Under the pieces are notes generated by a model. The model was not told the origin of the DNA, made no database searches, and saw nothing but the letters and a program-made list of their open reading frames with translations. A program made the translations under genes and the position numbers. This document shows positions 18,669 to 27,626 of a DNA stretch of 32,000 nt, piece by piece. The stretch spans positions 1-32,000 of the forward strand of contig DXJG01000006.1 in the NCBI GenBank assembly GCA_019056805.1, written 5' to 3'. Position 1 is the stretch's first letter, and each line of letters begins with the position of its first letter. The DNA comes from Candidatus Baldrarchaeota archaeon. Its GTDB lineage: Archaea; Asgardarchaeota; Baldrarchaeia; Baldrarchaeales; DXJG01.

Positions 18669-19556
18669 TTATATATCTGATCTGAGTTTAAGTATCTTTG
18701 CTATATTTGCATCCGGGTTTATTACTGGTTTTATTTTTCCATTTGGCGATGTCATCAAAGTTGTTACACCAGGGCCATGACCAGCTATAACACTAATTGT
18801 GTGAACAACAATTCCTATGGAAACTGCCCCAGTTTTATATATTCTTCCATAACTGTGGTCTGCGTTTAAAATAGCTACTAAATCTCCCAGTCTAAGGTCC
18901 TCTAAATGATATTTCTTAACATTCTTTTCGTCGAAGAACTGAATATCATAGTCACCACGATAAGTGTTATCTGCTCCAAGACCGGAACCCATAATTTCTG
19001 CTGGAACAGTATGCGTTACTGGCACCTCCAAATAATCACTTGAAGTCTTTATGTCTATTGCTTTTAGAAATTCTGGTGAAATATTCATCAACTTTATATC
19101 AGGATAATCTAAAAGCTTTAGCCCTACACCGTAAGCTTTTACTAGGATTTTGTCTCCTGGCACCAGTTTTTCAAGTACTTCCCAATCAAAGTCTACTAAA
19201 ACATGTTCTATTCCGCCATGTTTACCAACTACAACACCCTTCTCCCCTTTTGCTTCTCCTGAAATAACAACTGCTTCGTTGCCCACACATGCTAAAGTGT
19301 TTAAAGCATTGTTAAAGTACCGTCTACCGTCAACTCTTTCATAATTTGCAATAGATACACCGGGTTCAACGTGATCTGCTTCCCAATCTACTGCTGAATC
19401 ACCCACACGAACATTGTATGTAATGCCTCCAACACCTGGTCTCACAACAGGTGCGCCATTAGCTCCTACATTGTAAACTCTATCACCCTTTAAAGCGCTT
19501 AGAACTTGCCCTACAACACTAATTTTGACAAGTCTGTTCTCATTTGTTCTTAACAA
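18669..19556 (-). CDS. DUF4438-family protein of unknown function
   Basis: GGITYNVRVGD, DHVEPGVS, GKHGG.EHV, GSGLG, DYDIQ and GHGPGVT motifs. TTG start after GAGGTG. Confidence 0.8.
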   Translation of the reverse strand: MLRTNENRLVKISVVGQVLSALKGDRVYNVGANGAPVVRPGVGGITYNVRVGDSAVDWEADHVEPGVSIANYERVDGRRYFNNALNTLACVGNEAVVISGEAKGEKGVVVGKHGGIEHVLVDFDWEVLEKLVPGDKILVKAYGVGLKLLDYPDIKLMNISPEFLKAIDIKTSSDYLEVPVTHTVPAEIMGSGLGADNTYRGDYDIQFFDEKNVKKYHLEDLRLGDLVAILNADHSYGRIYKTGAVSIGIVVHTISVIAGHGPGVTTLMTSPNGKIKPVINPDANIAKILKLRSDI

Positions 19557-19575
19557 GATTTACACCTCTTAGACA

Positions 19576-19597
19576 TATAATGTTCACAAACATTATA
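19576..19597. promoter_or_regulatory. Perfect palindrome TATAATGTT-N4-AACATTATA over the DUF4438 promoter
   Basis: 9-bp arms overlap a minus-strand TTTATAA (19599-19593) and end 7 nt before the RBS. Confidence 0.55.
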
Positions 19598-19828
19598 AAT
19601 GGAGCACTTACTTCCGAAGACAGCTGACTTACACCAATAGATACTTAAAAACATAACAATTAGTGTAAAGTCACTTCTTTCCTCTTGGTGCTTAGAAATA
19701 ATAAACCTATTTTATGATCCCAAAAGATTGAACAGCAGAGTAATTTTAACAAGTCTCGAAAATACATAATAATCTCCATTAACACAATAACTTTTCTCAC
19801 TAAGCTAAATTTAAATTTAGGTTTGAGT

Positions 19829-20605
19829 TCAAGCTTTAAAATTATCAATTATCCTCATTAATTTATCAGTTAACTTTTCAACGTCATTCAGCCTAATATT
19901 TTCTAAAGATTCGCCTAAAAAATTCTTTTTGGTTATCTCTGCATTGTAACTTATGCTTCCAAGTACTCTCTCTTCTTCTAACTGTTCTCTAAGAATGTTC
20001 ACTGTTTCGTTGTTGACTTTATTAAGTATGAAGTAGAGTGTTTTGTTTATTTTGGATGCCAGTTTCTTGGATTTATCAGCAAGAACTATGGATTCATAGG
20101 TTGGATCTATAATTAAGAGAAGTAAGTCACATGCTTCTTCAACTGCTCTTCCAAAATGTTCAATTCCAGCATCAGTATCTATAAGAACAATTTCTTTATC
20201 TTTTAACACCAATCTTTTGAGGAATTCTCTTGCAAGTGCATTAAAAGGACATGCGCAACCAGAACCATAATCTCCTACCTTACCTATAATCAAAAGTCCC
20301 AATTTATCTTTCCAAATAGTACATTCACTTGGTAAATCGTTAAAATTGAGTAAATCAGGTATTTTCCAATCTAACTCATCTACTCCTCTGAACAAAGCGT
20401 TAGAAACTTTTTTACGACCGCCCATAAAATCAACTAAAGTTTTCACAGGTGTATTTAAACCAAGCATCCTGTAAAGAGTGGTGTTAGACTCGTCCGAGTC
20501 AATCACCAAAGTTTTAAAGCCTCTACGTACAAGACTATGAGCTAAAAGCGAAATAACAGTACTTTTACCAGAACCTCCTTTACCAAAAAATAAAACCTTA
20601 GGCAA
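19829..20605 (-). CDS. cooC: CooC-family nickel-insertion ATPase (CODH/ACS maturation factor)
   Basis: GKGGSGKST, IDSDE, GCACP (CXC), DTDAGIEHFGR and ILNKV motifs. Start placed at TTG 20605 after GGGTGA; the ORF extends to 20629. Confidence 0.88.
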   Translation of the reverse strand: MPKVLFFGKGGSGKSTVISLLAHSLVRRGFKTLVIDSDESNTTLYRMLGLNTPVKTLVDFMGGRKKVSNALFRGVDELDWKIPDLLNFNDLPSECTIWKDKLGLLIIGKVGDYGSGCACPFNALAREFLKRLVLKDKEIVLIDTDAGIEHFGRAVEEACDLLLLIIDPTYESIVLADKSKKLASKINKTLYFILNKVNNETVNILREQLEEERVLGSISYNAEITKKNFLGESLENIRLNDVEKLTDKLMRIIDNFKA

Positions 20606-20826
20606 GCAGTTCACCCTAAACCTCTTCAAAACAAAGAAATATAAACCTATTGATCCCTAGATTTCCTTACTGTTTAATGATTTCAAATGATAAACTCATT
20701 TTTCGTATACTTCCATGAAAATACTTAATAACCAAAGCTCATAAAATGATACTGTTGGTGTTATAGAAAGATAAGTCAGGCTCTAAAGTTATCTACACAG
20801 ATTATATAGGTGATGTGGTGATTCCT

Positions 20827-21891
20827 ATGGCTAAAATTAAGGTGGGAGTTATTGGGGTTGGAAATGCTTGTTCATCATTCATCCAAGGCCTACAACTCTG
20901 TAAGGACATGGGAGAAAAGGTTGAAGGATTAATGCACTGGGATCTCGGCGGCTATACACCCATGGATATTGAAATTGTTGCAGCGTTTGATATTGATAAG
21001 AGGAAGGTAGGGAAAGATCTTTCAGAAGCAATTTTCTCACCACCAAATAACATGCTAAAACTTTGCGAAGTACCAAAACTTGATGTAATCGTTGAAAAGG
21101 GGCATCTACTTGACGAATTTAGCCCTGATATAAAAGAATTAATTCAATTCGATGAATCTCCGCCAGTAGACATCGTTGATTCTCTTAAAAGCAAAGGTGT
21201 AGAAATACTTGTTAATTTAATTCCAAGTAGCGCTGTTGAAACAACAAAATTCTATGCTGAAAAAGCTATTGAAGCAGGTTGCGGCTTCATCAACTGTGTA
21301 CCAGCGTTCATTGCTAGCAATGTTGAATGGGCTGAAAAATTTGAAAAAGCCGGGCTGCCAGTTGCTGGCGATGATCTAGAAAGTCAAGCCGGCTCAACGA
21401 TATTACATAAATGGATACTAGAGCTTTTAACTAGACGAAGCGTAAAGATACGTGAAACGTATGCATTAGATGTAGGAGGTAGCCCGGAGTCTATTCATGC
21501 TCTTGACTGGGAGAAAACATTGGCAAAAAGAATGGTTAAAACTAAAGCAATAAAATCAGCTTTACCTTACGAAGCACCTGTGGTTGCCGGATCTTCTGAC
21601 TATGTTGATTTCTTAGGAGACTTTAGGGACACTCTAATTTGGATAAGAGGAACAATTTTTGGAGGAGCACCCATAACAATCGACCTAAAAATTAAGGTTC
21701 CTGACGGTGCCAATGCTGTAAGTCCATTAATGGATGCTATAAGAGGAGTTAAAATAGCAATGGATAGAGGTATCTCTGGAGCTCTTGAAAGTGTTTCAGC
21801 ATATGCATTTAAGCATCCACCAAAACCAGCTTCTCCTAGAACTGCAGAGAAATGGATGATGGAATTCATTGATGGTAAAAGAGAAAAATAA
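20827..21891 (+). CDS. ino1: Myo-inositol-1-phosphate synthase-like protein, divergent
   Basis: GVIGVGN, IVAAFDID.RKVGKDLSEAI, GDD.xSQ.G.T, SDYV and FKHPP motifs, with several substitutions (see findings). ATG 20827 follows GGTGA. Confidence 0.75.
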   Translation: MAKIKVGVIGVGNACSSFIQGLQLCKDMGEKVEGLMHWDLGGYTPMDIEIVAAFDIDKRKVGKDLSEAIFSPPNNMLKLCEVPKLDVIVEKGHLLDEFSPDIKELIQFDESPPVDIVDSLKSKGVEILVNLIPSSAVETTKFYAEKAIEAGCGFINCVPAFIASNVEWAEKFEKAGLPVAGDDLESQAGSTILHKWILELLTRRSVKIRETYALDVGGSPESIHALDWEKTLAKRMVKTKAIKSALPYEAPVVAGSSDYVDFLGDFRDTLIWIRGTIFGGAPITIDLKIKVPDGANAVSPLMDAIRGVKIAMDRGISGALESVSAYAFKHPPKPASPRTAEKWMMEFIDGKREK

Positions 21892-22063
21892 ACACATTTT
21901 ACCACAACTATATTTATTTTAACATCTCTTTCAGATACCTTATTTTTAACTCATTTTATCGAAGCTGGTGGCTATTTCATCTTGTATATTTAAATACGTG
22001 GTTCTGGCTAATATTTAATGTGAAGTAGTTATATCTAAGGGAGATATAGGAGGCTTAAGCTAT

Positions 22064-23197
22064 ATGGTTTTAGATTTAACAAGTGAACAAGAAAAATTGA
22101 AAAAAGAAGTAGCTGACTTTGTTAAAGATAAGGTAGAACCTATTGCTTCCGGATTAGATGAAAAATGTCAATTCCCTATAGAATTGTTTAAAGAAATAGG
22201 AGAAAAGGGCTGGTTTAAATTTAATGTCCCAGAAAAATATGGAGGAGAAGGGAAAAACACCACAAATCTCTTTATAGTATTTAGTGAAATAGCGAAAGGT
22301 CTTGCGTCGCTTTCAGTTAGCTTAGATACACAATACCTACTAATGGAAGCATTAAATCTCTATGGAAGCGAATATCTAAAAGAAAAATACATTCCACCCT
22401 TAGTTAAGGGAGAAATCATAGGGGCATTTGCAATAACAGAACAAACAGCTGGCTCCGATATAGGTGGAATTACTGGAACAGCTAAGAAAAATGGAAATGA
22501 ATATGTTTTGAATGGTGAAAAATGCGTTGTGGTAAGTGGAGCAGTTGCAGATGCCTTTATTGTTTTTCTAAAAACCGATCCTACAAAAGGTGCTAAAGGA
22601 TTAAGTGCTTTCATGGTAGAAAAAGATATGGATGGAGTCGTTGTAGAACCTCTTAATCCAAGTGGTTTGAGAGCATGTGGTCTCGGAAAACTTGTTTTAA
22701 ACAATGTAAGGATCCCTGTGGAAAACTTAGTTGGAAATGAAGGTGACGGAGCAAAAATAGCTTTATCCGTTCTTGATTTCGGGAGAATTGGAATAGCATC
22801 CACCGCGTATGGCATCGCTCAAGCAGCCTTCGAATCTGCGGTCAACTATGCTAAAGAAAGGAAGCAGTTTAATGTTCCCATATCTAATTTCCAAGGTCTT
22901 CGCTGGATGCTTGCAGATTTAGCTGTGGAAATTGAAGCAACCAAGCTATTAATTCTGGAAGCAGCCAAAACAAGAGATAAAGGTTTAAGATATACTAAGG
23001 AAGCTGCTATGGCTAAGCTTTACAGTAGTAAAGTTGCTGTGAAAGCGGCTTTAACTGCGATACAAATTTTCGGGCACTACGGATACTTAAAAGATAAACC
23101 TCTTGAAAGATATTTGAGAGACGCTAAAGGTTTAGAAATAGCTGAAGGAACAAGTGAAATTCAAAAACTAGTAATTGCAAGACATATCCTAGGTTAA
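22064..23197 (+). CDS. Acyl-CoA dehydrogenase (short/branched-chain type)
   Basis: FAITEQTAGSD, LNGEK, GRIGIAS, ERKQF, QIFGHYGY and IAEGTSEIQK (catalytic Glu) motifs. Confidence 0.93.
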   Translation: MVLDLTSEQEKLKKEVADFVKDKVEPIASGLDEKCQFPIELFKEIGEKGWFKFNVPEKYGGEGKNTTNLFIVFSEIAKGLASLSVSLDTQYLLMEALNLYGSEYLKEKYIPPLVKGEIIGAFAITEQTAGSDIGGITGTAKKNGNEYVLNGEKCVVVSGAVADAFIVFLKTDPTKGAKGLSAFMVEKDMDGVVVEPLNPSGLRACGLGKLVLNNVRIPVENLVGNEGDGAKIALSVLDFGRIGIASTAYGIAQAAFESAVNYAKERKQFNVPISNFQGLRWMLADLAVEIEATKLLILEAAKTRDKGLRYTKEAAMAKLYSSKVAVKAALTAIQIFGHYGYLKDKPLERYLRDAKGLEIAEGTSEIQKLVIARHILG

Positions 23198-23230
23198 CCG
23201 CCCCATAGCTTTAAAACGGAGTGACAGTGC

Positions 23231-24109
23231 TTGAAGAGTTACAATAAAAGTAAAAGTAGAGGGATAATTCTTACCTTCATGGCTGCTACACTCTGGGGTA
23301 CTAGTTTTCCAGTTATAAAATGGGGTCTAACCTATATTTCAGCATATAATTTTGTTATGCTAAGATTCCTAATATCCATCTTAGTACTTGTCCCCATCGC
23401 AATAATAATTGATAGAAAAGACTTCTTTACCCATTTCAAAGAAAAATATATAATTCTTCTTGGACTTTTAAATTCACTAAGCTACTTTCTACAGTTTGTC
23501 GGGCAGCAATGGACAACAGCCACTAAAACAGCTCTACTCACAAATTCAAGCGTTATTTTCGCAGCTATATTATCTTATTTTTGGTTAAAAGAAAGGTTGA
23601 ACTACTTTAAGGCTTCAGGAATTATTATGGCATTTTTAGGTGTTTTTCTAATCGTTACAGGTGGAAGACTAGAAATTTTGCAAAGTGGCACTGTGATAGG
23701 TGATCTTTTTTGTCTCGTTTCAGGAGTATCTTGGGGATTTTATATTGTAATTTCTAAAAAGATTTCAAATCAAGAAAGCAATTCTCTTTCTTTTATTAGT
23801 GCAATGCTCATGTATACATTTCTTTTTACTTTAATTTTTTCTTTTCCTCTACTTGTTCCTGTTGATTTCAGCTTTGAAGTATATTTTGCAATTTTATATA
23901 CAAGCATCTTTTGTACAATTTTACCTTTCCTCTTATGGTATGAAGGCTTAAAAACGATTCAAGCATCTTCCTCTGCTACTTATCTCCTTTTAACAATAAT
24001 TGTAGCAGCAATTATTAGCATAACACTTCTTTCCGAATCTTTCACCTTAACATTGGTGTTTGGGGCTATTTTAATATGTGTAGGTATCTGGATAGTTGAA
24101 ACAAAATAA
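23231..24109 (+). CDS. EamA/DMT family transporter
   Basis: 10 TM segments in two EamA repeats; LWGTSFP and L.ERL..KASGI motifs. Confidence 0.9.
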   Translation: MKSYNKSKSRGIILTFMAATLWGTSFPVIKWGLTYISAYNFVMLRFLISILVLVPIAIIIDRKDFFTHFKEKYIILLGLLNSLSYFLQFVGQQWTTATKTALLTNSSVIFAAILSYFWLKERLNYFKASGIIMAFLGVFLIVTGGRLEILQSGTVIGDLFCLVSGVSWGFYIVISKKISNQESNSLSFISAMLMYTFLFTLIFSFPLLVPVDFSFEVYFAILYTSIFCTILPFLLWYEGLKTIQASSSATYLLLTIIVAAIISITLLSESFTLTLVFGAILICVGIWIVETK

Positions 24110-24305
24110 ATATTAGCAGTGCTAATGTCATTATAGGAAATTACGCTTTGTCTGTTAAACGTTCTAAATTTTTAGGATTAAATGTGAAACTTTTGTGGAA
24201 CCTTAATAAAGGCGAAAAAATATATTTTGGAAAAATTGTTGTAATAAATGATATAACAATTATGTTCTCTACAACATCATAGCAACTAATATGGGGTAGT
24301 CCCAT

Positions 24306-25675
24306 TTGCAAAGAATTCCAAATGAAATAAAAGATTTTTTTAACATAAAAAGAAATAATATACTCTTAGTAAAAGGAAAAGCTGGTTCTGGAAAAACAAT
24401 ATTTTCTCTTGAATGCCTTATAAATCTGGCAGAAAAGGGTTGTGGATTCTATTTTTCAACAAGAGTAGACCCAGAAACTGTATTAACTCAATATCCGCAA
24501 ATAAGTGAACACGTTCCTCCGCAAAATATAATTGACGCTACTTTAACAGCAATTCCTCAAAGCTCAGATATTTACGAAGCAATCCAATATTCCACAGTCC
24601 CCGAATTTCTCCGTGAACTATATGCGAAACTAGATAAAATTAAAAACCAAGGAACTCCTGTTATCGTAATTGATTCCATAGATGCTATTTGTGAGACATT
24701 AAATATTTCTAACACGAAATTCATGCACACTTTTGCTGATTTTACACGGAAATCTGGAGCAAAAGCAATTGTGGTAACTGAGCAATCTGGAAGTACAAAA
24801 CTGGATTATTTAGCTGATGGAGTAGTTTACTTAACACATGATATGATTGAAGGCAGAATATATCGTGAAATGTACATCGAAAAACTTAGATCTGTGAAAA
24901 TAAGGAACCCAATTATTCCATTTACACTTATTGATGGAAGATTTACCCCAACACAATACGTTTTTCACACTGCAAAAGACGTTCTTAACAAAGGACAAAA
25001 ATATTTTAAAAGATAATTTCCAAAATTCAACTTCCACCAGGCCTATATTCAACTGGATCTCTTTCACTTGACAAAGTAATCGGTTATGTTCGTGGAGGAA
25101 ATCTTGTTTTATACGAATTAGAACCTTATGTTCCAACTATTACAATTATAGGGCTAGTGACACTTCATTCAATAGGATTCATCAGCAGAGGATGTAAAGT
25201 AATTCAAATCCCACCAAGCTACAGTCATGGTGAATTTGTATTAAAGTTCCTTAAAACAGTCTTAGGAGACAACATTAAGAATATAGAACTACTGATACCA
25301 GAAACATGTTCTATAGACAGTTTTTCGAAAAAGTTTCTCGAAAAATTGAACGAAATTAATAAAGATGGAAATTTATCCGCGATAATATTCTCTATTGATG
25401 CATTGGAAAGCGCGTTTGGAAGCGATGAAGCATTTCATATTGGAGCAAGAATCGTGGCAGAAGGAAGAAAAAATAACAATGTGATTATAGCATTTGGCCA
25501 TGAAAGTTCAAAAACAAGAGTTTTATTTAGAGATATGGCAGAAAAAGTCATAAGAATATTTTATAAACATGGTTACGTTTTTATTTACGGTGTTCGTCCA
25601 AAAACACCTATTTACAACGTCTACTATAACCCAGAATCACAATATGTTGACGTAAGCCTTCTTGAAGTAGTTTAA
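24306..25675 (+). pseudogene. Two-domain KaiC/RAD55/GvpD-like P-loop ATPase with one frameshift, or a sequence error
   Basis: Domain 1 has Walker A GKAGSGKT and Walker B VIVIDS. The frame of ORF 25157-25675 is open back to 25010 and reads KIISKIQLPPGLYSTGSLSLDKVIGYVRGGNLVLYE. Adding one A to the A4 run at 25008-25011 gives about 456 aa. Confidence 0.8.
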
Positions 25676-25736
25676 CAATTTTATCTCACATGAAAGTTAA
25701 AACAATAAAAATACCTGATATTTTCGATACTTTTTT

Positions 25737-26117
25737 ATGAAAATGTCTTTTACTTTAAATATAATGATGCGTATTAGATCTATTCTTAGAAGGATAGTGC
25801 TAATTGTAACAGGTACTGTTTCTCTTGCAATAATTGTATCGTTAATTATTTCAGCGATTTATAGAATGCCTTTACGTGATGCTCTTGGAATAACTTTGAT
25901 GGTGGAAGTTTTCTTATTATTTCTCCTATCTCTCGCTTTATTAACTGGAATTTCAGAGCGCATGGTTATCCATCAAGCATATACTAATCCCTTTATCCCC
26001 AAAGAAGTAAGAGAAAACATCATGAAAAAACATGGAAAAGATAGAGATACAGGAATCTTTGTATTCGTACTCGCACTAATTTTGCTCCTTATACTATTCC
26101 TATTAACACAACTTTGA
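25737..26117 (+). CDS. Small 3-TM membrane protein, paralog 1
   Basis: Two TM helices, a charged loop (NPFIPKEVRENIMKKHGKDRDTGIF) and a third TM helix. The start may be 25764 or 25767. Confidence 0.75.
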   Translation: MKMSFTLNIMMRIRSILRRIVLIVTGTVSLAIIVSLIISAIYRMPLRDALGITLMVEVFLLFLLSLALLTGISERMVIHQAYTNPFIPKEVRENIMKKHGKDRDTGIFVFVLALILLLILFLLTQL

Positions 26118-26250
26118 TACAATCCAGGTTCTAAGTTACGATACTCTCTCTAACAATTTTGAAATATATTGGTTGAAGGCGAAATGCTTGTTCCCCGTTT
26201 TTTCGATACATTTTTATTTAAAAAGAGTATTAAAACACTTGGGGAAATAT

Positions 26251-26638
26251 ATGAAAATTAAAGTCAGCCCTAAAAAAGTTGGGTTAATTGCTGGGGGAGC
26301 CATTCTCTTTACACTCTGCATAACATTGGCGATCTCAGCTATCTCACATGTATCTTTGTTAGATGCTTTTAGAAAAACTTTAGTCGGAGAAATAGTTGCG
26401 CTCTTTATTTTGGCCTACATTTCAATGGAAAAAGAACAAAAAAAATATTTACGCTCATGGATATATTTACGTTTACGGTTTTGAGCAAGCAGCCATGGGT
26501 AATCCTACCGTTACTCGTGAATTAATAAAACAAGCAAAAGAAAGATATAAACGGGAAAAACAAATTGATACAGGAATTTTCTTTGCAATATTGGCAATCG
26601 TACTACTATTCATTCTATTGTTGACAATACTGATTTAA
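26251..26638 (+). pseudogene. Small 3-TM membrane protein, paralog 2, with a +1 frameshift
   Basis: ORFs 26173-26484 and 26396-26638 join into about 128 aa if one base is removed from A8 (26438-26445) or T4 (26479-26482). It shares NP...DTGIF with paralog 1. ATG 26251 follows GGGGA. Confidence 0.7.
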
Positions 26639-26713
26639 TAAACCTTACACTAATTTTTTACTTTTTCAACACATTTTAACAATCAGTTATGTTATAATTT
26701 GGACTTTTGTACT

Positions 26714-27622
26714 CTATTTTTCAAAGGGTATCGTTAAAGCGGCTGGTGCACCTATTCTCTTCCTAAATTTGCCGCTACTGGCAACAACTAGCACAACTAT
26801 TGTGCAAACATATGGCAAGGTCTTTAATAGGGGTACTGATATGCCTAGAGGTTGAAGTCTGTATTGTAAAATTCTTATTCCTCCAAAAAGATAAGCACCT
26901 ACAGTTGCATATATCGGGTTCCAAACAGCAAATATGACAAGTGCTATAGCAATCCATCCTTGACCAGCAGTCATTCCCTCTATCCAAGTAGGTGTGTACA
27001 CAACTGATAAATAAGCACCACCAAGTCCTGCAAGAGCACCACCTATAAGCGTACAAAGATAACGGATTAAATAAACATCTATTCCCGCAGCATGAACAGC
27101 TTGAGGATTTTCACCACAAGCCCTGATAATAACTCCCAGCTTAGTTTTAAAAAGTATAAACCAAAGCAACACAACCAATACATATGATGTATATGTAACA
27201 GGATCCTGATTAAAGAAAGCACCAATAACTGGTATATCAGAAAGCAAAGGAACAGGTATTTTTCTTATTGTTACAGGAAGCGGTGTACCTATCAATCTTC
27301 TACCAGCAAGCGAACTTATACCAAGACCAAGCATTGAAAGAGCTAAACCAGATATAACTTGATTAGAACGTATAGAGATGCTGAGAAACGCATGTACACA
27401 GGCCAGTAAACAGCCAGTTAAAGTAGCTAGTAAAAATCCGAGAAGTGGATTACCAGTTACAAGTGTAATACCAAATGCAGTTACAGCTCCCACAGCCATC
27501 ATACCTTCGACACCAAGATTAAGAATGCCACTTCTCTCAGCGTAAATTTCGCCCAGTGTAGCCAAAAGTAAGGGTGTTCCAGCACTTATCATCATAGTTA
27601 ACAAATCAGTTACCCACTCCAT
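26714..27622 (-). CDS. Nucleoside/sugar ABC transporter permease 2
   Basis: ERSGILNLGVEGMM, GENPQAVHAAGI, GQGWIAIALV and LPYV motifs. Start placed at ATG 27622 (MEWVT) after GGAGGT. Confidence 0.92.
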   Translation of the reverse strand: MEWVTDLLTMMISAGTPLLLATLGEIYAERSGILNLGVEGMMAVGAVTAFGITLVTGNPLLGFLLATLTGCLLACVHAFLSISIRSNQVISGLALSMLGLGISSLAGRRLIGTPLPVTIRKIPVPLLSDIPVIGAFFNQDPVTYTSYVLVVLLWFILFKTKLGVIIRACGENPQAVHAAGIDVYLIRYLCTLIGGALAGLGGAYLSVVYTPTWIEGMTAGQGWIAIALVIFAVWNPIYATVGAYLFGGIRILQYRLQPLGISVPLLKTLPYVCTIVVLVVASSGKFRKRIGAPAALTIPFEK

Positions 27623-27626
27623 GATA

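Noticed and set aside
19660-19848. 62-aa minus-strand ORF between cooC and DUF4438
   Set aside because: Low-complexity AT-rich translation that overlaps the cooC end and has no RBS. It is probably intergenic.
24112-24126. Resemblance of TTAGCA/TGCTAA to the CIRCE element
   Set aside because: CIRCE is TTAGCACTC-N9-GAGTGCTAA. The spacing and inner arms do not match, and no chaperone genes are adjacent.
24306-25675. Gas vesicle or circadian clock locus
   Set aside because: Only the generic RecA-fold similarity is present. No gvp, kaiA or kaiB genes are in the window.
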